A stretch of DNA of 62,220 nucleotides, filler included, from an uncultured bacterium (lineage in GTDB: Bacteria; CAYSBA01): NCBI GenBank assembly GCA_964429075.1. It is 9 parts of 9 records of this genome, joined end to end, with 100 filler letters (N's around TTAATTAATTAA, not from the genome) between each part and the next. Parts side by side here need not be neighbours in the genome. Positions count along the whole stretch, not along the records: positions 14,247 to 21,240 come from CAYSBA010000064.1; positions 21,341 to 28,289 come from CAYSBA010000065.1; 7 more parts are not named here. One strand, given 5' to 3'. The position numbers and the translations under genes were made by a program. The notes beneath the pieces are model-generated. The model was given only the letters and a program-made list of their open reading frames with translations, did no database searches and was not told the DNA's origin. Shown here one piece after another: positions 17,850-25,592 of this stretch; within the stretch, counting starts at the first letter, position 1; each line of letters begins with the position of its first letter.

Positions 17850-19439
17850 ATGCAAGATACAAAGAGGGATATGAAATCAAAGGTTGATGAAATACTGCGG
17901 CAAAAAGAGAGGGCAAAAGAGGGAGGAGGCCCCGAAAAGATAGAGAGACAGCATAAACGGGGCAAGCTTACTGTAAGGGAGCGAATCAATCTATTGTTTG
18001 ATCCGGGATCATTCCTGGAAATCGGTATCCTTGCAGGTGAAGATCCACAAAAACCCGATGCTGATGGTGTTGTCGCCGGTTATGGCAAAATAGATGGCAG
18101 ATATGCTGCAATTGTTGCGTACGATTATACCGTAAAAGGTGGATCTATGGGTCGAATCGGAGAACAGAAGGCAACAAGGATAAGGGAGATAGCCTTAAAA
18201 TCGAGGATGCCAATGATATGGATCCTTGATTCTGGAGGTGCAAGAATCGACCCAAAGAGTTCAGGAGGTTTCGGTGCCTCAACGAATATAGAGAGCGCTG
18301 CCATCTTTGCCAATACCGGTTACCTCTTTAAAGAAGAGGCACTTATGTCAGGTGTAATACCCCTTGTTGCTGCAATGATGGGCCCTGGTTTTGCTGGCAC
18401 TGCCTACATACCGGCCCTTGCAGACTTTGTGCCCATGGTCCGAGGCACAAGCTTTATGGGTCTGGCTGGACCTTCTCTTGTGAAGATGTCTGTTGGAGAA
18501 GAGATAACAGAAGAGGAGCTTGGTGGTTCAAAGGTACACTGTCAGATAAGTGGAGTTGGTGACCTTGAGGTTGAGGATGATGTTGCATGTATTGAGGCAA
18601 TTAAGGAATATTTATCATTTTTCCCTTCATGTTGCGATGAAAAGCCCCCTAAAAAGGAGTATAATGATGATCCCTGTAAACCCATTGAAGACGAAATATT
18701 AAAAATACTACCTGATGATCCTAGACTCGTATATGATATGCATAAGATTATACGATTAATTGTAGACGATGGCTATTTTTTTGAAATAAAACCCGACTGG
18801 GCAAAAAATATAATTACAGGATTTGGGCGTATTGGAGGATATCCGATAGGAATAATTGCAAACCAACCAATGGTATTTGCCGGGGTACTCGATATCAATG
18901 CTTCAGATAAGGCAGCACGATTTGTATGGCTCTGTGATGCCTTCAATATCCCCCTTCTATTTCTCGCAGATGTACCTGGTTTTATAGTTGGTTCAAAGGC
19001 AGAACGAAGCGGAATAATCCGACACGGTGCTAAGCTTATTCATGCAGTTGCAGAAGCTACTGTACCAAAGTTCACAGTTGTTGTAAGGAAATCGATTGGT
19101 GCAGGTTACTATGCAATGTGTGGAAGGGCATTTGATCCGGATCTTCTTGTAGCATGGCCAGGGGCACAGATATCTGTTATGGGTGCTGAAGGTATGGTAA
19201 GTATTTTTGCCAAAAAGATATTGGAAAAGACACCAGAGGATCAAAAAAAGGCTGTTATAGAAAATATGGCAAAGGGTATAAAACCACTTTTAGATATTAA
19301 GATAACTGCATCGCGTGCCTATATTGATGATATAATCGATCCACGTCAGACAAGAGCTGTTGTATATCGTGCCATTGAATATACAAAAGACAAAAAGATA
19401 TACCGACATCCAAGGAAACATGGAGTATATCCCGTATAA
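17850..19439 (+). CDS. acyl-CoA carboxylase carboxyltransferase (beta) subunit
   Basis: GGGPEKIERQHKRGKLTVRERI, DYTVKGGS, DSGGARI, EELGGSKVH, DKAARFVWLCDAFNIPL, DVPGF, KHGVYPV. Confidence 0.93.
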   Translation: MQDTKRDMKSKVDEILRQKERAKEGGGPEKIERQHKRGKLTVRERINLLFDPGSFLEIGILAGEDPQKPDADGVVAGYGKIDGRYAAIVAYDYTVKGGSMGRIGEQKATRIREIALKSRMPMIWILDSGGARIDPKSSGGFGASTNIESAAIFANTGYLFKEEALMSGVIPLVAAMMGPGFAGTAYIPALADFVPMVRGTSFMGLAGPSLVKMSVGEEITEEELGGSKVHCQISGVGDLEVEDDVACIEAIKEYLSFFPSCCDEKPPKKEYNDDPCKPIEDEILKILPDDPRLVYDMHKIIRLIVDDGYFFEIKPDWAKNIITGFGRIGGYPIGIIANQPMVFAGVLDINASDKAARFVWLCDAFNIPLLFLADVPGFIVGSKAERSGIIRHGAKLIHAVAEATVPKFTVVVRKSIGAGYYAMCGRAFDPDLLVAWPGAQISVMGAEGMVSIFAKKILEKTPEDQKKAVIENMAKGIKPLLDIKITASRAYIDDIIDPRQTRAVVYRAIEYTKDKKIYRHPRKHGVYPV

Positions 19440-19452
19440 AGGGGGGTAATAT

Positions 19453-20238
19453 ATGTACACAACAATAGAAACAAAGATAAAAAAAAGATCAGGTTGGATC
19501 ATCCTCAGCCGTGAAAATAAAAACAATGCGCTCAACATGACAATGATAGATGAAATTAGTGATGCACTTTATAATTTTGACTCTAATGCAAAGGTTTCAT
19601 CTATTGTAATAACCGGTAAAGGTGATAGGGCATTCTGTTCCGGGATGGATCTTTCTGGGAATGATCTTTTTGAGCTTTCTGCACTCGATCGACACGAATT
19701 ACAGAGAAAGATTTTAGGCCTTTTCAGACAGATGATACAGCTATCTAAACCAACAGTTGCAAGGGTAAATGGAGTTGCCCTCGGTGGTGGTTTTGGACTT
19801 GCTTGCTCTTGTGATATTGTTGTAGCAAAAGAGGAGGCAATATTTGGTACTCCAGAAATAAACGTTGGGCTTTTCCCATATATTATAATGGCACAGCTTA
19901 TACGCTCAACTACCAATCCCAGAAAACTCCTTCAGATGATGCTTCTGGGCGAAAAGATAGATGCCAAAAAAGCCATAAAGCTCGGATTTGTCAATGAGAT
20001 AGCAAATTCAGATAGTCTGGATAAAAAGGTAAAAGAGGTCACAGATGAACTTTCTCGAAAAAGCCCTGCCATACTCAGACTTGGTAGACGGGCTTTTTAC
20101 ACAATGAGAGAGATGGAATACAACAGCGCTCTCGAATATCTATCGTGCATGTTATCACTAAACATGCAGGCAGAGGATATGTTAGAAGGCATTTCTGCAT
20201 TCATTCAGAAAAGACACCCTGATTGGAAGGGGAAATAG
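19453..20238 (+). CDS. enoyl-CoA hydratase/isomerase family protein
   Basis: AFCSGMDL, KPTVARVNGVALGGGFGL, FGTPEINVGL, EGISAFIQKR.P.WKG. Confidence 0.92.
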   Translation: MYTTIETKIKKRSGWIILSRENKNNALNMTMIDEISDALYNFDSNAKVSSIVITGKGDRAFCSGMDLSGNDLFELSALDRHELQRKILGLFRQMIQLSKPTVARVNGVALGGGFGLACSCDIVVAKEEAIFGTPEINVGLFPYIIMAQLIRSTTNPRKLLQMMLLGEKIDAKKAIKLGFVNEIANSDSLDKKVKEVTDELSRKSPAILRLGRRAFYTMREMEYNSALEYLSCMLSLNMQAEDMLEGISAFIQKRHPDWKGK

Positions 20239-20252
20239 AGAGGGAGTTTATC

Positions 20253-21116
20253 ATGAAAAATCAAGATAAAGTTGTGATTACCTGCGCTCTTACTGGTGTT
20301 GTGGCAAACAGAACGCAATGTCCATACATACCCTATACTCCAGAGGAGATTGCAGAAGAGGCATACAGGGCATATAACGCAGGTGCATCGGTTGTACATA
20401 TCCATGCAAGGGAGGATGATGGAAGCCCCACAATGAGGGTAGAAGTATATCAGAGGATCTACAAGGAGATAAAAAAACGCTGTCCGGTCCTTATCAACTT
20501 TTCGACAGGCGCTGTCGGGGTTTCTCGAGAGATTAGAATAGCTCATATACCTGCAATCAGACCAGATATCGCTGCACTGAACATGGGAACAATGAATTAC
20601 GCAAAGTACAGTAAAAAGAGAAAGGATTTTGTATTCTCATTTCAGTTTTTAAATCCAATTGAAGATATCATCTTCTATTTAAACAAGATGAATGAAAATG
20701 GTGTACAGCCTGAATGTGAATGTTTTGATATCGGTCACTTGGAAACAGTATACCCCCTTATGGATATGGGTGTGTTGAGAAACTTTCAAATAAGTCTGAT
20801 CCTTGGTGTTGTTGGTGGGATTCAGGCGACCGCACAGAATCTTATGTATATGGCTTCAAGGGTACCCACTGGTGTTGCTTGGGAGGTTATAGGGATAGGT
20901 CTTAATCAATGGATGCTATGTGCAACAGCACTTGTCCTTGGGGGTAATGTGAGGGTAGGATTCGAGGATAACTTTTATCTTGAGCCATCAAAAATGGCAA
21001 AGAGTAATGCAGAACTTGTTGAAAAAGTTGTCAGAATGGCAAGAGATATTGGAAGAGAACCTGCAACCGTAGATGAGGCAAGAAATCTACTTAAATTACC
21101 AAAAAAAGATCCTTAA
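20253..21116 (+). CDS. beta-keto acid cleavage enzyme (BKACE/DUF849, Kce-like)
   Basis: ITCALTG, PYTPEEIAEEA, AGASVVHIHAR, NFSTG, LNMGTMN, RVGFEDN, SNAELV, REPATVDEAR. Confidence 0.9.
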   Translation: MKNQDKVVITCALTGVVANRTQCPYIPYTPEEIAEEAYRAYNAGASVVHIHAREDDGSPTMRVEVYQRIYKEIKKRCPVLINFSTGAVGVSREIRIAHIPAIRPDIAALNMGTMNYAKYSKKRKDFVFSFQFLNPIEDIIFYLNKMNENGVQPECECFDIGHLETVYPLMDMGVLRNFQISLILGVVGGIQATAQNLMYMASRVPTGVAWEVIGIGLNQWMLCATALVLGGNVRVGFEDNFYLEPSKMAKSNAELVEKVVRMARDIGREPATVDEARNLLKLPKKDP

Positions 21117-21154
21117 ATTAGCAACAGCTGTCTTGATGTCAATTATATTATATA

Positions 21155-21183
21155 TTGACAAGATATCTTAAATAGATTAGGAT
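21155..21183 (+). promoter_or_regulatory. putative sigma70 promoter for a truncated downstream gene (ATG 21212)
   Basis: TTGACA-N17-TAGGAT, then GGAG and ATG AAA AAG GTG TTG (MKKVLIYTL) running into the linker. Confidence 0.55.
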
Positions 21184-21240
21184 GGAGTCAAACTTTTGCG
21201 AGAAAAATTGCATGAAAAAGGTGTTGATTTACACTTTAGT

Positions 21241-21340
21241 NNNNNNNNNNNNNNNNNNNNNNNNNNNNNNNNNNNNNNNNNNNNTTAATTAATTAANNNN
21301 NNNNNNNNNNNNNNNNNNNNNNNNNNNNNNNNNNNNNNNN
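21241..21340. other. artificial contig linker
   Basis: N44-TTAATTAATTAA-N44. Confidence 0.98.
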
Positions 21341-23887
21341 GATGCATCAGCATCTTGTGATGATGGTCTATTCTGTAATGGCAAGGAGATCTGTAGGCAG
21401 GGAAGCTGCATTTCAACAACTCCGCCAGATTGTAACGATGGGATAGATTGCACTGTCGATAGCTGTGATGAGAACACTAAGAGTTGTGTTCATACACCAG
21501 ATGATACTGTCTGTGACGATGGGCTTTTCTGCAACGGTAAAGAGACCTGCTCTCCAGATAACCCAAATGCAGATTCAAAGGGATGTATCGCAGGAGATAA
21601 ACCCTGTATTGATGGGATAGCCTGTACTCAGGATATCTGTAATGAAGATCAGGATACATGCCAGAACAACCCTGATGACACCAGATGCGACGATGGTATA
21701 TTCTGTAATGGTAAGGAGGTCTGTGATCCCACAGATCAAAGCAGTGATTCAAACGGATGTGTTCAGATACCAAGAGACTGTAACGACGGCATAGACTGTA
21801 CAGCCGACAGCTGTGATGAGAATTCTAAGAGCTGCGTTCATACACCAGATGATAATATTTGCGATGATGGAGATTACTGCACAAAGGATATCTGCGATAG
21901 CCAAAATGGATGCTCCAATCCCTCCTGGACTGATCACGATAACGATGGCTATGTAGCATCACAGTGTTCTGGCAATGACTGTGATGATTCTGATCCTTCC
22001 ATAAATCCAGGCGCACAGGAGGTTTGTGACAATGTAGATCATGATTGTGACGGAAACACCCTGAACGGATTTGATCTTAATACAGATGTTCACAACTGTG
22101 GCGCATGTGGCAACGACTGTACACTCCTTCCAAATGTAACGGGTAGCATTGTCTGCAGCAGTGGAAGCTGTTCATTCTCCTGTTTAGATGGATTTTCCGA
22201 CTGTAACAACAATCCGTCAGATGGATGTGAGGTAAATCTTAACAACGATCCCTACAACTGTGGGACCTGTAATAATGTATGCTCTTTTCCAAATGCATCA
22301 CCACCACAGGGTTGTAACAATGGTAGCTGCTATCTTGCTCAATGTGATTGCTGGGATAGCAACAACTGTACAATTGGATGGGTTGATACCAATCAAAATC
22401 CACAGGATGGTTGTGAAAATCTAAGACCCACAGCAGCATTTTCTGCCAAAACAGATGTAAGAGCAGGAGATACAGTCGTACTTGACGGCTCTTCTTCAAC
22501 TGATCCGTCTGATGACGGGACATCCGATGATACGCTACTTTATTCATGGAGGCTTATCTCCAAACCACAGGGTAGCAAAGTATTTCAAAATCCAGGGCAA
22601 AACGTCTATTCTTTATCAGACAACGAAAGCACAACCGCCTCTATGCCGGATTTTGTGCCGGATCTGCCCGGTAACTATGTCTGGGAGCTGGTTGTCTACG
22701 ATGGCAGGAATGAGGCATCATGGAACAGTGTTAGAGTTACTATAACGGCATACGGTTTTACACCCTTCTTTAACAACTCAAGTGGAGTTGATAAAGATAA
22801 GATAAACGACGTAAAGGATATTGATCTTATACAAAGTGGCGACTTTGGTGCAACAAGAGGGGTATGGCTTGCAACAAAACAGTATCTGTGGCTCTATGAT
22901 TACGATACTGATTCTTTTATAGAGGCCTGTAAATATATTTCACCAAACAATTATGGCGACTGCAGGAGTAACTACTATTCACAGGAACTGGCAACATTAA
23001 TAAGAGACCCCTTTCACTCTGTGCTCTTTGGAGCAAATAAGGACGTAAATGGCATTAACGTATTAAATCTAAGGACCCTTGACATACTGCGTTTTGACAT
23101 GAGAAGCCATCTCAGTCTACCTCCCTGGAAGATGAGGGATATGGCAGCCGATTTGAGCAGATCAGGTTCTCTTGGTGACTACCTGTACGGTGAAATTATG
23201 ATAGGTACTTCTGAAGATGCTGCAGCCTTTGATCAGAACACCTATAGGACATATGGAGATTTTGATTTCTCTACCTCAAATGCATATAGTAATGACTCAG
23301 ACGACATACGGGCAGTTGAAGTTGATCCTGATCATGCAATGATAGCAGGTAACGACCGCCTCTATCGGTGTGTGTATGAAGGATATATATACAACCGTTG
23401 CGACCCCAATGACTGTGTATGTGGCCCAATGTACTGTGATAAGGCACAGCATCCTGAATGTTTTCCAAATTCTGCAGTAGATGTATGGCAAAACACCAAA
23501 GATAGTATACTTGCTATTGATATTAAAAATGTGGGTGGTACACTCTATCTTGCAGTAGGGTCTGATGGCAATGGCGCAGCCTACTGGCTGGTAGATGGCT
23601 GGCCTCCATCCAGAATCGAATACCTAAATACCAGTAACGGAATGCCTTCTAATGTGGTAAAGGATGTATATATCGATGATACTGGAGATATCTGGATGGC
23701 AACAGATAATGGCCTTGCCAGATACAAACAGGATAAAAATTTCGTATTTGTATACACCAAAAATGAACATTTTCTCTCAAAAGACAAGATAAATGCAGTT
23801 GTAGTTGATGAAAACAGCCAGTGGGTATGGGTGGCCATTGGTGGCAACGACACTACTGCTGGAGTCTGTGCAATCGTCCTGCCATAA
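21341..23887 (+). CDS. large secreted Cys-rich repeat / PKD / beta-propeller protein (5' truncated; ORF track shows only the last 414 aa)
   Basis: Manual translation is stop-free from 21341 into the 22643 ORF: three CDDGxFCNGKExC repeats, DCDDSDPSINPGAQEVCDNVDHDCDG (MopE-related motif), two DxxNCGxCxNxC motifs, PKD-like GDTVVLDGSSSTDP, and propeller motifs (GMPSNVVKDVYIDDTGDIWMATDNGLARY). Confidence 0.85.
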   Translation, partial: DASASCDDGLFCNGKEICRQGSCISTTPPDCNDGIDCTVDSCDENTKSCVHTPDDTVCDDGLFCNGKETCSPDNPNADSKGCIAGDKPCIDGIACTQDICNEDQDTCQNNPDDTRCDDGIFCNGKEVCDPTDQSSDSNGCVQIPRDCNDGIDCTADSCDENSKSCVHTPDDNICDDGDYCTKDICDSQNGCSNPSWTDHDNDGYVASQCSGNDCDDSDPSINPGAQEVCDNVDHDCDGNTLNGFDLNTDVHNCGACGNDCTLLPNVTGSIVCSSGSCSFSCLDGFSDCNNNPSDGCEVNLNNDPYNCGTCNNVCSFPNASPPQGCNNGSCYLAQCDCWDSNNCTIGWVDTNQNPQDGCENLRPTAAFSAKTDVRAGDTVVLDGSSSTDPSDDGTSDDTLLYSWRLISKPQGSKVFQNPGQNVYSLSDNESTTASMPDFVPDLPGNYVWELVVYDGRNEASWNSVRVTITAYGFTPFFNNSSGVDKDKINDVKDIDLIQSGDFGATRGVWLATKQYLWLYDYDTDSFIEACKYISPNNYGDCRSNYYSQELATLIRDPFHSVLFGANKDVNGINVLNLRTLDILRFDMRSHLSLPPWKMRDMAADLSRSGSLGDYLYGEIMIGTSEDAAAFDQNTYRTYGDFDFSTSNAYSNDSDDIRAVEVDPDHAMIAGNDRLYRCVYEGYIYNRCDPNDCVCGPMYCDKAQHPECFPNSAVDVWQNTKDSILAIDIKNVGGTLYLAVGSDGNGAAYWLVDGWPPSRIEYLNTSNGMPSNVVKDVYIDDTGDIWMATDNGLARYKQDKNFVFVYTKNEHFLSKDKINAVVVDENSQWVWVAIGGNDTTAGVCAIVLP

Positions 23888-25592
23888 GGAAAAATAAAAG
23901 GATAAATATGATCAAAGATTGATCTATAGATGTTACATTACATCCACAGCCCTCTTTTTGCGCTGCTTTTGAATCACTCTTGAACTTTACAAGTAGGCCT
24001 TTACATTCACCTGCACCATCACAGATATCGCCTCTTGTATCTGGATTACCATCGTCACAGGGTGTACCCTCCCGAGCAAACTCATAGATACACCCCCCAA
24101 GTCCATCACATTCAGAAGAGAGGATACAATCTGATGTAGGCTTGCAAGAATAGGCTGTCCCAGCACAGGTACCATCATCATTACATACATCTTCTTTTGT
24201 GCAGGGATTTCTATCCGAACACCTTTTGCCTGCATCCTGGGATGTCTTGCAGGGGAAGTACTCCTGATAAAGAAAATCAAATATCTTTTTTAGATCTAGC
24301 CTAGGAAGTACTCCAACAGAATCATATCCTGTATCAACAGAGACTCCATTAGTAATTATTATATCCTCAATATCTTCTGGAGAAAGTGAAGGCTCAAAAT
24401 CCAGCATAAGAGCAGCTGCCCCAGCGGCCATTGGAGTTGCCTGACTTGTCCCTGTCATCGCAATAAATGCTGCGCCCAAGATATCGCAGGAACGAATATT
24501 AACCCCTGGTGCAAGAAGATCAAGACAGAGATTTATGTTTGTAAAGCAGGTTATCATATCAGCCTGGGTAGTTTCATCAAAACAGATCTGATCTCCTGTT
24601 ACAGGGTCTATGTAATAGCCATCGTCAGGCTCTCTACCATAGTCCATATCGTAGACCGCACCTACAGATACCGTAGAGTTCAGACAACCAGGAAGACTCA
24701 ATGCCCCCCTGTATCCCTCGTTGCCTGCTGCAGCAAAATTAACAATACCTGCTTCTTTCAGATTTGTATAGGCCTCAGAAAGAAGTTCTGCCCAGCTATC
24801 TTCTGTATCGCAGGGACAATCTTTATAACCCTCCACACTACCGAGACTCGAATTAGAGACGAGGAGCTGTGGATAGGTCTCTTTTTTTAAAACCGCATCA
24901 TCTATCGCCATTGCCCAGTCGCTTATATATCCGTAGCCACTATCATCAAGGACCTTGTAGATCAAAAGGGTAGCCCCTGGTGCAATCCCTACTGGTGCAA
25001 TCTTTCCTGCTCCAGCTATTATACCCGCAACATTTGTGCCGTGTCCATGACCATCTTCGATGTTTAAACCCTTTTGTTGATTTAAAAAGCTACCTCCTGT
25101 TAAAATCCTACCTTCGAAATCTGGATGATCTGTATCTATTCCTGTATCAAAGACTGCAACCATTATGCCACTTCCATCTACTCCATATTCTCTCCTTGTT
25201 TCATTTGCACCAATAAAAGGACCTGCCTGCGCCATCGATACCCTGATGCGCCTGTCTGTAATCACATTCTTTACATACGGATTTTTAAGAAGCTCCACTT
25301 TTGCATTTCTGTCTACCCATCCAGTCAGTGCAAAAATTGTGCTGAAAAGATAGACCGGTTTAAAGGTCCCTTTTGAGATGGATCCAATAACACTTTTTTG
25401 TATCTTTCTTATTCTTTTTATCCTCTCTTCTGCATAGAGAGGCCTTATCTTGTTTACCTCAGGATCCTTTTTTAGAAGGACTATCACATACTGAAGATCC
25501 TGGTCTTGTTTTGCAACAATGTGTTGTGACCGGAATAAAAAAGATACCAGAACTATGAAAAAAATTATATGACCGATCTTTATCTTATTCAT
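23853..25592 (-). CDS. S8 subtilisin-like serine protease with Cys-rich repeats and MYXO-CTERM-like anchor
   Basis: Triad motifs VFDTGID, HGTNVAG, GTSQATP; oxyanion AAAGNEG; signal peptide and prodomain; C-terminal CDDGNPDT repeats and GCGC + TM + basic tail. Confidence 0.9.
   Translation of the reverse strand: MNKIKIGHIIFFIVLVSFLFRSQHIVAKQDQDLQYVIVLLKKDPEVNKIRPLYAEERIKRIRKIQKSVIGSISKGTFKPVYLFSTIFALTGWVDRNAKVELLKNPYVKNVITDRRIRVSMAQAGPFIGANETRREYGVDGSGIMVAVFDTGIDTDHPDFEGRILTGGSFLNQQKGLNIEDGHGHGTNVAGIIAGAGKIAPVGIAPGATLLIYKVLDDSGYGYISDWAMAIDDAVLKKETYPQLLVSNSSLGSVEGYKDCPCDTEDSWAELLSEAYTNLKEAGIVNFAAAGNEGYRGALSLPGCLNSTVSVGAVYDMDYGREPDDGYYIDPVTGDQICFDETTQADMITCFTNINLCLDLLAPGVNIRSCDILGAAFIAMTGTSQATPMAAGAAALMLDFEPSLSPEDIEDIIITNGVSVDTGYDSVGVLPRLDLKKIFDFLYQEYFPCKTSQDAGKRCSDRNPCTKEDVCNDDGTCAGTAYSCKPTSDCILSSECDGLGGCIYEFAREGTPCDDGNPDTRGDICDGAGECKGLLVKFKSDSKAAQKEGCGCNVTSIDQSLIIFILLFFLMAGRLHRLQQ

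Noticed and set aside
21341-21900. Repeated DNA motifs as a CRISPR array
   Set aside because: Repeats are degenerate at third codon positions and encode Cys-rich protein repeats; there is no constant repeat with unique spacers and no cas gene.
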